Below are positions 8,878 to 20,210 of a DNA stretch of 39,037 nucleotides, in pieces. The position numbers were made by a program, and so were the translations under genes. The stretch is from a virus. The notes under the pieces are model-generated. The model was given only the letters and a program-made list of their open reading frames with translations. It made no database searches and had not been told where the DNA came from. Position 1 is the stretch's first letter. Each line of letters opens with the position of its first letter. Location: UHGV virus genome UHGV-0175496, one strand, 5' to 3'.

Positions 8878-9032
8878 CTGGATTCTCTTGTCAGTTAGCT
8901 TTGGTGGTGTGTGTGAGTCGTAGTCCTGAACGAAAACACCCCACGATTGGCTCATTTGCAGCTAATCCGGATTCGCACTTCCGGCCAATGCTTCGTTTCG
9001 TATCACACACCCCAAAGCCTTCTGCTTTGAAT

Positions 9033-9066
9033 GCTGCCCTTCTTCAGGGCTTAATTTTTAAGAGCA
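9033..9066 (-). promoter_or_regulatory. nutL (boxA-like TGCTCTTA, boxB GCCCTGAAGAAGGGCAGC) on the pL transcript
   Basis: Reverse complement reads GTGATGCTCTTAAAAATTAAGCCCTGAAGAAGGGCAGC, the lambda nutL arrangement with one boxA change (C to T). Confidence 0.8.
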
Positions 9067-9111
9067 TCACCTTCAATGGTGGTCAGTGCGTCCTGCTGAT
9101 GGCTTAAAATT

Positions 9112-9179
9112 ACAAGAAAGATTGTATGTTGTAAACAAGAAATATTGTAAAAAGGGGCATGAAAAACAAACTCCATTGT
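9112..9179. promoter_or_regulatory. OL operator cluster of 434-type sites (ACAAGAAAGATTGT, ACAAGAAATATTGT, ACAAACTCCATTGT) overlapping pL
   Basis: Three 14-bp ACAA-N6-TTGT sites at about 9112-9125, 9135-9148 and 9166-9179, between the cI-operon end and nutL. Confidence 0.75.
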
Positions 9180-9229
9180 TTTTAAACGGAAAATAGTTTG
9201 TTTTTTGGTTATCGAGATTGAGGTGGGGA

Positions 9230-10586
<1,357 letters not shown>

Positions 10587-10594
10587 GACATTCC

Positions 10595-10626
10595 CGCTCT
10601 TACACATCCCAGCCCTGAAAAAGGGC
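10595..10626 (+). promoter_or_regulatory. nutR (boxA CGCTCTTA, boxB GCCCTGAAAAAGGGC)
   Basis: Exact lambda-type boxA and boxB just after the cro stop; the downstream leader matches the lambda tR1-to-cII region. Confidence 0.85.
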
Positions 10627-10705
10627 ATCAAATTAAACCACACCTATGGTGTATGCATTTATTTGCATACATTCAATCAATTGTTATCTAAGGAAATACT
10701 TACAT

Positions 10706-10999
10706 ATGGTTCGTGCAAACAAACGCAACGAGGCTCTACGAATCGAGAGTGCGTTGCTTAACAAAATCGCAATGCTTGGAACTGAGAAGACAGCGGAAGC
10801 TGTGGGCGTTGATAAGTCGCAGATCAGCAGGTGGAAGAGGGACTGGATTCCAAAGTTCTCAATGCTGCTTGCTGTTCTTGAATGGGGGGTCGTTGACGAC
10901 GACATGGCTCGATTGGCGCGACAAGTTGCTGCGATTCTCACCAATAAAAAACGCCCGGCGGCAACCGAGCGTTCTGAACAAATCCAGATGGAGTTCTGA
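10706..10999 (+). CDS. cII: CII transcriptional activator
   Basis: Internal start MVRANKRNEALRIESALLNKIAMLGTEKTAEAVGVDKSQISRWKRDWIPKFSMLLAVLEWGVVDDDMARL..., 97 aa, matches lambda CII; AAGGAAAT RBS. Confidence 0.9.
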   Translation: MVRANKRNEALRIESALLNKIAMLGTEKTAEAVGVDKSQISRWKRDWIPKFSMLLAVLEWGVVDDDMARLARQVAAILTNKKRPAATERSEQIQMEF

Positions 11000-11031
11000 G
11001 GTCATTACTGGATCTATCAACAGGAGTCATT

Positions 11032-11931
11032 ATGACAAATACAGCAAAAATACTCAACTTCGGCAGAGGTAACTTTGCCGGACAGGAGCGTAATGTGGCA
11101 GATCTCGATGATGGTTACGCCAGACTATCAAATATGCTGCTTGAGGCTTATTCGGGCGCAGATCTGACCAAGCGACAGTTTAAAGTGCTGCTTGCCATTC
11201 TGCGTAAAACCTATGGGTGGAATAAACCAATGGACAGAATCACCGATTCTCAACTTAGCGAGATTACAAAGTTACCCGTCAAACGGTGCAATGAAGCCAA
11301 GTTAGAACTCGTCAGAATGAATATTATCAAGCAGCAATGCGGCATGTTTGGACCAAATAAAAACATCTCAGAATGGTGCATCCCTCAAAACGAGGGAAAA
11401 TCCCCTAAAACGAGGGATAAAACATCCCTCAAATTGGGGGATTGCTATCCCTCAAAACAGGGGGACACAAAAGACACTATTACAAAAGAAAAAAGAAAAG
11501 ATTATTCGTCAGAGAATTCTGGCGAATCCTCTGACCAGCCAGAAAACGACCTTTCTGTGGTGAAACCGGATGCTGCAATTCAGAGCGGCAGCAAGTGGGG
11601 GACAGCAGAAGACCTGACCGCCGCAGAGTGGATGTTTGACATGGTGAAGATTATCGCACCATCAGCCAGAAAACCGAATTTTGCTGGGTGGGCTAACGAT
11701 ATCCGCCTGATGCGTGAACGTGACGGACGTAACCACCGCGACATGTGCGTGCTGTTCCGCTGGGCATGCCAGGACAACTTCTGGTCCGGTAACGTGCTAA
11801 GTCCGGCCAAACTCCGCGACAAGTGGACCCAACTCGAAATCAACCGTAACAAGCAACAGGCTGGCGTGACAGCCGGAAAATCAAAACTCGACCTGACAAA
11901 CACTGACTGGATTTACGGGGTGGATTTATGA
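11032..11931 (+). CDS. O: Replication initiator O
   Basis: 299 aa; matches lambda O; contains the origin iterons. Confidence 0.95.
   Translation: MTNTAKILNFGRGNFAGQERNVADLDDGYARLSNMLLEAYSGADLTKRQFKVLLAILRKTYGWNKPMDRITDSQLSEITKLPVKRCNEAKLELVRMNIIKQQCGMFGPNKNISEWCIPQNEGKSPKTRDKTSLKLGDCYPSKQGDTKDTITKEKRKDYSSENSGESSDQPENDLSVVKPDAAIQSGSKWGTAEDLTAAEWMFDMVKIIAPSARKPNFAGWANDIRLMRERDGRNHRDMCVLFRWACQDNFWSGNVLSPAKLRDKWTQLEINRNKQQAGVTAGKSKLDLTNTDWIYGVDL
11380..11510. repeat. ori-lambda: four ~18-bp iterons (TCCCTCAAAACGAGGGA-like) followed by an AT-rich unwinding region, inside O
   Basis: Direct repeats at about 11381, 11401, 11425 and 11448, then AAAAGACACTATTACAAAAGAAAAAAGAAAAG. Confidence 0.8.
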
Positions 11932-12629
11932 AAAACATCGCCGCACAGATGGTTAACTTTGACCGTGAGCAGATGCGCCGGATCGCCAACAACATGCTGG
12001 AACAGTACGACGAAAAGCCGCAGGTACAGCAGGTAGCGCAGATCATCAATGGTGTGTTCAGCCAGTTACTGGCAACTTTCCCGGCGAGCCTGGCTAACCG
12101 GGACCAGAACGAACTGAACGAAATCCGCCGCCAGTGGGTGCTGGCTTTCCGGGAAAACGGGATCACCACAATGGAACAGGTTAACGCAGGAATGCGCGTA
12201 GCCCGTCGGCAGAATCGACCATTTCTGCCATCACCCGGGCAGTTTGTTGCATGGTGTCGGGAAGAAGCATCCGTTATCGCCGGACTGCCAAACGTCAGCG
12301 AGCTGGTTGATATGGTTTACGAGTATTGCCGGAAGCGAGGCCTGTATCCGGATGCGGAGTCTTATCCGTGGAAATCAAACGCGCACTACTGGCTGGTTAC
12401 CAACCTGTATCAGAACATGCGGGCCAATGCGCTTACTGATGCGGAATTACGCCGTAAGGCCGCAGATGAGCTTGTCCATATGACTGCGAGAATTAACCGT
12501 GGTGAGGCGATCCCTGAACCAGTAAAACAACTTCCTGTCATGGGCGGTAGACCTCTAAATCGTGCACAGGCTCTGGCGAAGATCGCAGAAATCAAAGCTA
12601 AGTTCGGACTGAAAGGAGCAAGTGTATGA
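11928..12629 (+). CDS. P: Replication protein P (DnaB helicase loader)
   Basis: 233 aa; matches lambda P (MKNIAAQMVNFDREQMRRIANNMLEQYDEKPQVQQVAQIINGV...); ATGA overlap with O. Confidence 0.95.
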   Translation: MKNIAAQMVNFDREQMRRIANNMLEQYDEKPQVQQVAQIINGVFSQLLATFPASLANRDQNELNEIRRQWVLAFRENGITTMEQVNAGMRVARRQNRPFLPSPGQFVAWCREEASVIAGLPNVSELVDMVYEYCRKRGLYPDAESYPWKSNAHYWLVTNLYQNMRANALTDAELRRKAADELVHMTARINRGEAIPEPVKQLPVMGGRPLNRAQALAKIAEIKAKFGLKGASV

Positions 12630-12916
12630 CGGGCAAAGAGGCAATTATTCATTACCTGGGGACGCATAATAGCTTCTGTGCGCCGGACGTTGCCGCGCTA
12701 ACAGGCGCAACAGTAACCAGCATAAATCAGGCCGCGGCTAAAATGGCACGGGCAGGTCTTCTGGTTATCGAAGGTAAGGTCTGGCGAACGGTGTATTACC
12801 GATTTGCTACCAGGGAAGAACGGGAAGGAAAGATGAGCACGAACCTGATTTTTAAGGAGTGTCGCCAGAGTGCCGCGATGAAACGGGTATTGGCGGTATA
12901 TGGAGTTAAAAGATGA
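12626..12916 (+). CDS. ren: Ren
   Basis: 96 aa MTGKEAIIHYLGTHNSFCAPDVAALTGATVTSINQAAAKMARAGLL... matches lambda Ren. Confidence 0.9.
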   Translation: MTGKEAIIHYLGTHNSFCAPDVAALTGATVTSINQAAAKMARAGLLVIEGKVWRTVYYRFATREEREGKMSTNLIFKECRQSAAMKRVLAVYGVKR

Positions 12917-12989
12917 CCATCTACATCACTGAGCTAATAACAGGCCTGCTGGTAATCGCAGGCCTTTTTATTTGGGGGAGAGGGAAGTC

Positions 12990-13430
12990 ATGAAAAAACT
13001 AACCTTTGAAATTCGATCTCCAGCACATCAGCAAAACGCTATTCACGCGGTACAGCAAATTCTTCCAGACCCAACCAAACCAATCGTAGTAACCATTCAG
13101 GAACGCAACCGCAGCTTAGACCAGAATCGAAAGCTTTGGGCTTGCCTTGGTGACGTCTCTCGTCAGGTTGAATGGCATGGTCGCTGGCTGGATGCAGAAA
13201 GCTGGAAGTGTGTGTTTACCGCAGCATTAAAGCAGCAGGATGTTGTTCCTAACCTTGCCGGGAATGGCTTTGTGGTAATAGGCCAGTCAACCAGCAGGAT
13301 GCGTGTAAGCGAATTTGCGGAGCTATTAGAGCTTATACAGGCATTCGGTACAGAGCGTGGCGTTAAGTGGTCAGACGAAGCGCGACTGGCTCTGGAGTGG
13401 AAAGCGAGATGGGGAGACAGGGCGGCATGA
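12990..13430 (+). CDS. ninB: NinB (Orf) recombination mediator
   Basis: Internal start [51 protein letters not shown]..., 146 aa. Confidence 0.9.
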   Translation: MKKLTFEIRSPAHQQNAIHAVQQILPDPTKPIVVTIQERNRSLDQNRKLWACLGDVSRQVEWHGRWLDAESWKCVFTAALKQQDVVPNLAGNGFVVIGQSTSRMRVSEFAELLELIQAFGTERGVKWSDEARLALEWKARWGDRAA

Positions 13431-13603
13431 GGCGACAGCGACGAAGTTTCACCGATATCATCTGCGAAAACTGCAAATACCTTCCAACGAAACGCTCCAG
13501 AAATAAACGCAAGCCAATCCCAAAAGAATCTGACGTAAAAACCTTCAACTACACGGCTCACCTGTGGGATATCCGGTGGCTAAGACATCGTGCGAGGAAA
13601 TGA
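13427..13603 (+). CDS. Small basic nin-region protein (lambda NinD/NinE-like)
   Basis: 58 aa [58 protein letters not shown]; ATGA-coupled to ninB. Exact nin letter uncertain from memory. Confidence 0.65.
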   Translation: MRRQRRSFTDIICENCKYLPTKRSRNKRKPIPKESDVKTFNYTAHLWDIRWLRHRARK

Positions 13604-14007
13604 CAATGCTTTTAATTCAACCTGGATTTGGCCTTAGCATCAAAAAAGGGCACATGTTCGGCGAGAAAGAGTCTCAACGAAAAATGGTGTCTATCCGGTT
13701 GCCATTTATCAGTATTTATTGGCTAAACAGGGAGGCAACAAATTATTGGTATACATGCGCCAGAGCAGCATTTAACGACCCTGAGTGGTTTGTAGAAAAC
13801 CATCACGCTGTTCGTCAGGCAAAGAGAAAGGCCGAAACGACATACATGAAGGCGTATCGAAAAGCATGGAAAGAACACAGCGATCGATACCAACAAGACA
13901 TGGAAAAGCTTGAATCAGAAAACATGGAATTAAGACGAAAGCTTGGTGAAGCAAAACGAGATATTGATGCTTACAAGCGACTTTTTAATGGTGAAAGCCA
14001 TGCTTAG
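13600..14007 (+). CDS. Hypothetical nin-region protein with C-terminal coiled coil
   Basis: 135 aa from ATG 13600 (GAGG upstream, overlaps the previous stop); C-terminus [31 protein letters not shown]. No lambda counterpart recalled. Confidence 0.5.
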   Translation: MTMLLIQPGFGLSIKKGHMFGEKESQRKMVSIRLPFISIYWLNREATNYWYTCARAAFNDPEWFVENHHAVRQAKRKAETTYMKAYRKAWKEHSDRYQQDMEKLESENMELRRKLGEAKRDIDAYKRLFNGESHA

Positions 14008-14176
14008 TCCATCCCAATCCCTTCAATACCAGAAAGAAAGCGTCGAGCGAGCTTTAACGTGCGCTAACTGCGGTCAGAAGCTGCATGTGCTGGAAGTTCA
14101 CGTGTGTGAGCACTGCTGCGCAGAACTGATGAGCGATCCGAATAGCTCAATGTACGAGGAAGAAGACGATGAGTGA
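14000..14176 (+). CDS. ninF: NinF
   Basis: Internal start [58 protein letters not shown], 58 aa, matches lambda NinF. Confidence 0.75.
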   Translation: MLSPSQSLQYQKESVERALTCANCGQKLHVLEVHVCEHCCAELMSDPNSSMYEEEDDE

Positions 14177-14438
14177 TTTCTCTGAGCTTATTTCCTTCAA
14201 AAAAGACAGAGAAGAAATGCGGACTGAATCTGTCTATTACGTTCAACACCGGAATAAACGCTCTGTGCTTGATCAGGAGCTGGTTATTACCGGAGACCTG
14301 GCATTCAGAACATATAAGGCCAGCATGGAAATGAAGGATTTCCCTAAATGTGGTTCTGAAAGAGAAGCCGCGTTAAAGCTGGCAGAGTGGATGCAGAGAA
14401 TGGCTGCTGCAATTGAGAATTACTGGAGCGAACCATAA
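14169..14438 (+). CDS. Hypothetical nin-region protein
   Basis: 89 aa [33 protein letters not shown]...; tightly packed between ninF and ninG. No lambda counterpart recalled. Confidence 0.5.
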   Translation: MSDFSELISFKKDREEMRTESVYYVQHRNKRSVLDQELVITGDLAFRTYKASMEMKDFPKCGSEREAALKLAEWMQRMAAAIENYWSEP

Positions 14439-15049
14439 TGGCTAAACCAGCGCGAAGACGATGTAAAAACGAAGAATGTCGGGAATGGTTTCACCCTGCA
14501 TTCGCTAATCAGTGGTGGTGCTCTCCAGAGTGTGGAACAAAGATAGCACTCGAACGACGAAGCAAAGAACGCGAAAAAGCGGAAAAAGCAGCAGAGAAGA
14601 AACGACGACGAGAGGAGCAGAAACAGAAAGATAAACTGAAGATTCGAAAACTCGCCTTAAAGCCCCGCAGTTACTGGATTAAACAAGCCCAACAAGCCGT
14701 AAACGCCTTCATCAGAGAAAGAGACCGCGACTTACCATGTATCTCGTGCGGAACGCTCACGTCTGCTCAGTGGGATGCCGGACATTACCGGACAACTGCT
14801 GCGGCACCTCAACTCCGATTTGATGAACGCAATATTCACAAGCAATGCGTGGTGTGCAACCAGCACAAAAGCGGAAATCTCGTTCCGTATCGCGTCGAAC
14901 TGATTAACCGCATAGGGCAGGAAGCAGTAGACGAAATCGAATCAAACCATAGCCGCCATCGCTGGACTATCGAAGAGTGCAAGGCGATCAAGGCAGAGTA
15001 CCAACAGAAACTCAAAGACCTGCGAAATAGCAGAAGTGAGGCCGCATGA
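14438..15049 (+). CDS. ninG: NinG (Rap) recombination endonuclease
   Basis: 203 aa [41 protein letters not shown]... matches lambda NinG. Confidence 0.9.
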   Translation: MAKPARRRCKNEECREWFHPAFANQWWCSPECGTKIALERRSKEREKAEKAAEKKRRREEQKQKDKLKIRKLALKPRSYWIKQAQQAVNAFIRERDRDLPCISCGTLTSAQWDAGHYRTTAAAPQLRFDERNIHKQCVVCNQHKSGNLVPYRVELINRIGQEAVDEIESNHSRHRWTIEECKAIKAEYQQKLKDLRNSRSEAA

Positions 15050-15252
15050 CGTTCTCAGTAAAAACCATTCCAGACATGCTCGTTGAAGCATACGGAAACC
15101 AGACAGAAGTAGCACGCAGACTGAAATGTAGTCGCGGCACGGTCAGAAAATACGTTGATGATAAAGACGGGAAAATGCACGCCATCGTCAACGACGTTCT
15201 TATGGTTCATCGCGGATGGAGTGAAAGAGATGCGCTATTACGAAAAAATTGA
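15046..15252 (+). CDS. ninH: NinH
   Basis: 68 aa [68 protein letters not shown]. Confidence 0.85.
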   Translation: MTFSVKTIPDMLVEAYGNQTEVARRLKCSRGTVRKYVDDKDGKMHAIVNDVLMVHRGWSERDALLRKN

Positions 15253-15901
15253 TGGCAGCAAATACCGAAATATTTGGGTAGTTGGCGATCTGCACGGATG
15301 CTACACGAACCTGATGAACAAACTGGATACGATTGGATTCGACAACAAAAAAGACCTGCTTATCTCGGTGGGCGATTTGGTTGATCGTGGTGCAGAGAAC
15401 GTTGAATGCCTGGAATTAATCACATTCCCCTGGTTCAGAGCTGTACGTGGAAACCATGAGCAAATGATGATTGATGGCTTATCAGAGCGTGGAAACGTTA
15501 ATCACTGGCTGCTTAATGGCGGTGGCTGGTTCTTTAATCTCGATTACGACAAAGAAATTCTGGCTAAAGCTCTTGCCCATAAAGCAGATGAACTTCCGTT
15601 AATCATCGAACTGGTGAGTAAAGGTAAAAAATATGTCATCTGCCACGCCGATTATCCTTGTGACGAATACGAGTTTGGAAAGCCAGTTGATCATCAGCAG
15701 GTAATCTGGAACCGCGAACGAATCAGCAACTCACAAGACGGGATCGTGAAAGAAATCAAAGGAGCGGACACGTTCATCTTTGGTCATACGCCAGCAGTGA
15801 AACCACTCAAGTTTGCCAACCAGATGTATATCGATACCGGCGCAGTGTTCTGCGGAAACCTCACATTGATTCAGGTACAGGGAGAAGGCGCATGGGCATA
15901 A
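15230..15901 (+). CDS. Ser/Thr protein phosphatase (lambda NinI/PPase-like)
   Basis: Start taken at [25 protein letters not shown] (GGAG upstream); metallophosphatase motifs GDLHG, GDLVDRG, GNHE. Confidence 0.85.
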   Translation: MRYYEKIDGSKYRNIWVVGDLHGCYTNLMNKLDTIGFDNKKDLLISVGDLVDRGAENVECLELITFPWFRAVRGNHEQMMIDGLSERGNVNHWLLNGGGWFFNLDYDKEILAKALAHKADELPLIIELVSKGKKYVICHADYPCDEYEFGKPVDHQQVIWNRERISNSQDGIVKEIKGADTFIFGHTPAVKPLKFANQMYIDTGAVFCGNLTLIQVQGEGAWA

Positions 15902-16410
15902 GAGAACTAAACCTCACCAAAGAGCAGCACGAGTGGCTGAATGGCTGGCTTGAACTGTGGGGCGCATGGGTTTATTCAGGTCGTCTGGAAAAGCGCATGA
16001 GCAGCGTAATAGCGAAGTTCATGGAGAGCGTAGAGCCGGGAAGAGTTATGACAAGGCCAATGTGCAATGATGATGATGGAATGTTGATTTCTCAGGTCGT
16101 CGATTCCGTCATGTACATTGACAAAAAAGCCTTTGGAATCCTCCTCAGCTACTACGCTCATGGTTCATCTAAGCGAGCAATTGCATCCTACTATCACGCG
16201 ACTGCAAAGCCACGCAAGATGTGTGGACGTGGTGGCGAGGGATGGAGAAAACCTTCACTGGCAACCTGTAGAAACGAAATTGACGACATCCTGAAAGCGT
16301 CATTATTTGTTTTGTACCAGCCAATGCAAAATGCTTTCAAAATGCGTAAACGTGTTGAGAAAGTTAAGCATGTTGCTGTTAAAAACCTTGACATGCAATT
16401 AGCCATTTAG
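15892..16410 (+). CDS. Q: Late antiterminator Q, non-lambda type (phage 82/21-like family)
   Basis: 172 aa; no similarity to lambda Q as remembered. Sits between the phosphatase gene and the late promoter; N-terminal [12 protein letters not shown] resembles the phage-82-type Q family. Assignment rests on synteny plus memory. Confidence 0.6.
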   Translation: MGIRELNLTKEQHEWLNGWLELWGAWVYSGRLEKRMSSVIAKFMESVEPGRVMTRPMCNDDDGMLISQVVDSVMYIDKKAFGILLSYYAHGSSKRAIASYYHATAKPRKMCGRGGEGWRKPSLATCRNEIDDILKASLFVLYQPMQNAFKMRKRVEKVKHVAVKNLDMQLAI

Positions 16411-16417
16411 CCATAAT
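16388..16417 (+). promoter_or_regulatory. Late promoter pR' (-35 TTGACA, 18-bp spacer, -10 CATAAT) overlapping the Q stop codon
   Basis: Near-consensus sigma70 elements at about 16388-16393 and 16412-16417, directly upstream of the terminator and the lambda-like S leader. Confidence 0.6.
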
Positions 16418-16426
16418 TAGAGGGTA

Positions 16427-16469
16427 AGCTGCCGTTAGTGACTCTTAAGTTGCAACGGTGGCTTTTTTG
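16427..16469 (+). terminator. Candidate tR' terminator (imperfect stem AGCTGCCGTT/AACGGTGGCT, then TTTTTTG)
   Basis: Hairpin plus T-run is followed by GTTTGCACAACAGGTAAGAGCATTGA, which matches the sequence just past tR' in lambda. Long loop, so moderate confidence. Confidence 0.45.
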
Positions 16470-17006
16470 TTTGCACAACAGGTAAGAGCATTGAACCCGC
16501 AGACCTCGCGGAATTGGTGAAAGGTGCCGCGCAGTGCTCTTATCGTTGTGGTGAATACGCAGGCTGATGCGTTAATCAGGTGAACGAGACACCCGCCGGT
16601 CCGTGATATGGCACACCGTGCCGGTCATATCTGCCGCGGTTAGGTTTACGAGGATTTCGTAAAGCTGGTCTAGGGTGAAGCCGTGAAAGCGGAGGAAGTA
16701 AAACGAGGCGTCGGTACACGCCTATCGTCATTAAGTCGGAGTTCAGCACCGACCGCCACAACCCAAACTGAGCCGTAGCCACTGGCTATCCTGAATTCAT
16801 CAGTGATAGTTATGCTGCGGCCTTCTACACATGACCTTCGTGAAAGCGGGCGGCAGGAGGTTGCGCTAACAACCTCCTGCCGTTTTGCCCGTGCATATCG
16901 GTCACGAACAAATCTGATTACTAAACACAGTAGCCTGGATTTGTTCTATCAGTAATCGACCTTATTCCTAATTAAATAGAGCAAATCCCCTTATTGGGGG
17001 TAAGAC

Positions 17007-17330
17007 ATGAAGATGCCAGAAAAACATGACCTGTTAGCCGCCATTCTCGCGGCAAAGGAACAAGGCATCGGGGCAATCCTTGCGTTTGCAATGGCGTACC
17101 TTCGCGGCAGATATAATGGCGGTGCGTTTACAAAAACAGTAATCGACGCAACGATGTGCGCCATTATCGCCTGGTTCATTCGTGACCTTCTCGACTTCGC
17201 CGGACTAAGTAGCAATCTCGCTTATATAACGAGCGTGTTCATCGGCTACATCGGTACTGACTCGATTGGTTCGCTTATCAAACGCTTCGCTGCTAAAAAA
17301 GCCGGAGTAGAAGATGGTGGAAATCAATAA
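17007..17330 (+). CDS. S: Holin S (S107; S105 would start at the third codon)
   Basis: 107 aa [64 protein letters not shown]... matches lambda S; dual-start MKM motif. Confidence 0.95.
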   Translation: MKMPEKHDLLAAILAAKEQGIGAILAFAMAYLRGRYNGGAFTKTVIDATMCAIIAWFIRDLLDFAGLSSNLAYITSVFIGYIGTDSIGSLIKRFAAKKAGVEDGGNQ

Positions 17331-17790
17331 TCAACGTAAGGCGTTCCTCGATATGCTGGCGTGGTCAGAGGGAACTGATAACGGACGACAGAAAACCAGA
17401 AATCATGGTTATGACGTCATTGTTGGCGGAGAGCTATTCACTGATTACTCAGATCACCCTCGCAAACTTGTCACGCTAAACCCAAAACTCAAATCAACAG
17501 CCGCCGGACGTTACCAGCTTCTTTCCCGTTGGTGGGATGCCTATCGTAAGCAGCTTGGCCTGAAAGACTTCTCTCCGAAAAGTCAGGACGCTGTGGCACT
17601 GCAACAGATTAAAGAGCGTGGCGCTTTACCGATGATTGATCGCGGTGATATTCGTCAGGCTATCGACCGTTGCAGCAATATCTGGGCTTCACTGCCGGGC
17701 GCTGGTTATGGTCAGTTCGAGCATAAGGCTGACAACCTGATTGCAAAATTCAAAGAAGCTGGCGGAACAGTCAGAGAGATTGAGGTATGA
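17314..17790 (+). CDS. R: Endolysin R (lytic transglycosylase)
   Basis: 158 aa [53 protein letters not shown]... matches lambda R. Confidence 0.95.
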   Translation: MVEINNQRKAFLDMLAWSEGTDNGRQKTRNHGYDVIVGGELFTDYSDHPRKLVTLNPKLKSTAAGRYQLLSRWWDAYRKQLGLKDFSPKSQDAVALQQIKERGALPMIDRGDIRQAIDRCSNIWASLPGAGYGQFEHKADNLIAKFKEAGGTVREIEV

Positions 17791-18224
17791 GCAGAGTAAC
17801 CGCGATTATCTCCGCTCTGGTTATCTGCATCATCGTCTGTCTGTCATGGGCTGTTAATCATTACCGTGATAACGCCATGACCTACAAAGAGCAGCGCGAT
17901 AAAGCAACATCCATCATCGCTGATATGCAGAAGCGGCAACATGATGTAGCAGAACTCGACGCCAGATACACAAAGGAGCTTGCTGATGCTAACGCGACTA
18001 TCGAAAGTCTCCGTGCTGATGTTTCTGCTGGGCGTAAGCGCCTGCAAGTCGCCGCCACCTGTGCAAAGTCAACGACCGGAGCCAGCAGCATGGTCGATGG
18101 AGAAAGCCCAAGACTTACAGCAGATGCTGAACTCAATTATTACCGTCTCAGAAGTGGAATCGACAGGATAACCGCGCAGGTTAACTACCTGCAGGAGTAC
18201 ATCAGGACGCAATGCCTTCGATGA
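17787..18224 (+). CDS. Rz: i-spanin Rz
   Basis: 145 aa; N-terminal [32 protein letters not shown] as in lambda Rz, with a divergent periplasmic coiled-coil. Confidence 0.9.
   Translation: MSRVTAIISALVICIIVCLSWAVNHYRDNAMTYKEQRDKATSIIADMQKRQHDVAELDARYTKELADANATIESLRADVSAGRKRLQVAATCAKSTTGASSMVDGESPRLTADAELNYYRLRSGIDRITAQVNYLQEYIRTQCLR
17980..18171 (+). CDS. Rz1: o-spanin Rz1, embedded in the +1 frame of Rz
   Basis: 63-aa embedded ORF with a lipobox (LLGVSAC) and proline-rich mature part ([16 protein letters not shown]), the classic Rz/Rz1 gene-in-gene arrangement. Confidence 0.7.
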   Translation: MLMLTRLSKVSVLMFLLGVSACKSPPPVQSQRPEPAAWSMEKAQDLQQMLNSIITVSEVESTG

Positions 18225-18398
18225 TAGCGATAATTTTACTCATCATCCTTCACATCTGGCTCTGTAGACAGGGTGGTGATCACTTCTGGAGTGAATCCAG
18301 ATTAAACATCTCATTGCTGATGCTTGATATTGAGCATCTGTCGCGCGGTAAGGGGCTGCGTTGAGATAAGAGCCAGTCATTACAAATACCAGGATTTA

Positions 18399-18422
18399 GC
18401 CTCGCATTCGCGGGGCTTTTTT
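18399..18422 (+). terminator. Intrinsic terminator downstream of the lysis cassette (stem GCCTCGC/GCGGGGC, loop ATTC, TTTTTT)
   Basis: GC-rich hairpin with one G-U pair followed by six T. Confidence 0.5.
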
Positions 18423-18568
18423 ACATCTGCAGTAAACCGCGCATCGCAGCGCGTAACAATCCCGAGTCTTTCAGAAAGCTGAGCCTGAGAACTGCCGTAT
18501 ATGGTGGCGACCATCTCGGGGCGGCTTTTCTGTGCGAACAGGCTCACTTTCTAAAAGGTAAAGACGCT

Positions 18569-19087
18569 ATGAATCATCAATTGGCTAATCTCGATTTCCG
18601 GGACATGGTGGTTGTTTCTGGTGATCGCGTGATCACAACCTCCCGCAAGGTAGCAGCTTACTTCGACAAGCAGCATCACCACATCATTCAGAAAATCGAA
18701 AAGCTAGACTGTTCGGATGAATTTCTAACCAGCAACTTTTCGCGGGTTACCTATGAACACAAGGGTAATCAGTATGTTGAATATGAAATTTCCAAAGACG
18801 GCGCGATGTACATCATCATGTCGTTTACCGGCAAAAAAGCTGCCGCCATCAAAGAGGCGTTTATCAAAGCATTTAATTGGATGCGTGACAGGCTGATGGA
18901 GATGGCTCACTCATACCAAAGAGAGCACAACGAGTTAATGCTGGAGTTCATGAAGGAAAAGGATGTTGCCAGTATGTCAGGACGCTTGCTGAACCGCTGG
19001 GGCAGGATCAAAAAACCGCAACTCATAGCAAGAATCGAAAGGCTTGAGCAGCAGGCGCAAATATCGATCCCCGGACTGCCAAAGTGA
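18569..19087 (+). CDS. rha: Rha-family phage regulatory protein
   Basis: 172 aa; N-terminal VVSGDRVITTSRKVAAYFDKQHHHIIQKIEKL is typical of the Rha domain; sits between lysis and packaging genes as rha does in P22. Confidence 0.75.
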   Translation: MNHQLANLDFRDMVVVSGDRVITTSRKVAAYFDKQHHHIIQKIEKLDCSDEFLTSNFSRVTYEHKGNQYVEYEISKDGAMYIIMSFTGKKAAAIKEAFIKAFNWMRDRLMEMAHSYQREHNELMLEFMKEKDVASMSGRLLNRWGRIKKPQLIARIERLEQQAQISIPGLPK

Positions 19088-19439
19088 CCATTCCAAAGCC
19101 CATCTACGGGTGGGCTTGATAATGAAACCGTGATTTACATCCCCACAATCCGGGTATGTAAAAGATAGTTCAGGCGAGAACAGATTTAACTAAATCTGTG
19201 CACCACCAGTTGCGGCAGTACAGCGAAACAACCCAAGCCAGTAAGTGGGGAAATAACACTGGCAGCCACTGAAAGATGAACCTCCTGCCTTATGGCAAAA
19301 AAGATTCTTTGTGGTGGCGGACTGATGGAAAGACATCGGTTATTGCAGAGACCATTCAATGAGTGGTCTCGACAATGGCTTATACCCTACACGGGATAAC
19401 TTAACTGATATCCCTTTTAACGGATAAACGGAGCCAACA

Positions 19440-19676
19440 ATGGCAGAGATTATTCCCATGACTGAAGAACAGAAATTCCAGTTAGAGATTTACAAGCTGG
19501 TCATGAACCAGAACGCAGCCGCAGAAGAAGCATTTCAATTCATTGGCACTGACGAACTGAAGCTTGAGCTATTCAAAATTCACTTCCAGTCAGGTGGCGC
19601 TAATTCAGATATCACGATCCGCACATTCGAAGCGGTGCGTAAATCGAAGGAAGCGTTAGACCTGTTCACCACCTGA
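19440..19676 (+). CDS. Hypothetical small protein
   Basis: 78 aa; ATG with ACGGAG RBS; acidic, helical-looking. Confidence 0.45.
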   Translation: MAEIIPMTEEQKFQLEIYKLVMNQNAAAEEAFQFIGTDELKLELFKIHFQSGGANSDITIRTFEAVRKSKEALDLFTT

Positions 19677-19888
19677 GCATGATGTGAGCTGCGTAATCAA
19701 TTTGGGTAAGGAAAAGAAATTCCCAATTACTCAAGAGCTATACGAGCGGCTGGAAAGCGCCATCCATGATTACGATGGTGAAATCAGTTTATGTGAGGCG
19801 ATTGGCACACTCGAATTGCTGAAGCAGTCACTGATTGAAGGCGCGAAAGAGTCCTTAACCTGAAATAACGATTAAGTGAGATGAATAT

Positions 19889-19915
19889 GGCAGCACTCAA
19901 CATGCTGCCTTTTAT
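19889..19915 (+). terminator. Intrinsic terminator (stem GGCAGCA/TGCTGCC, 7-nt loop, TTTTAT)
   Basis: Perfect 7-bp stem followed by a T-run, between the rightward small ORFs and the leftward small gene pair. Confidence 0.5.
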
Positions 19916-19926
19916 CGTTTATTAGT

Positions 19927-20166
19927 TTAACCGCGAGCTTCACGACCGTTTTCGTCTTCAGGCACACGGAAACGCCAGTACTTATCTGGCTTAACCCAAA
20001 CAACACTTTCACCGCTATCAACCCTGAATTTATTAATCACTTTTGTTGATAGCGCTTGGTTGCCATCCGCATTTTCTTTGAGGTGCTGCTCGTTATGTTG
20101 TTTAACGAGATAATCCACAACATCCTGCTGATAAAGGCAACCCTCTGTTGATAAAACGGACATCAT
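19927..20166 (-). CDS. Hypothetical small protein, antisense to the late operon
   Basis: 79-aa ORF with ATG start but weak RBS; downstream of the 20211..20393 gene on the same strand. Confidence 0.4.
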   Translation of the reverse strand: MMSVLSTEGCLYQQDVVDYLVKQHNEQHLKENADGNQALSTKVINKFRVDSGESVVWVKPDKYWRFRVPEDENGREARG

Positions 20167-20210
20167 CCATGATGAAATATCATCAAGAGTTAAGGTTGGT
20201 GTGTTTGGGG

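Noticed and set aside
16576-16782. Minus-strand ORF of 68 aa between Q and S
   Set aside because: This stretch matches the conserved non-coding lambda late leader between tR' and S; no RBS.
16480-17006. Cargo (toxin or tRNA genes) between Q and S
   Set aside because: Only the lambda-like non-coding leader is present; no tRNA-like structure or additional ORF seen.
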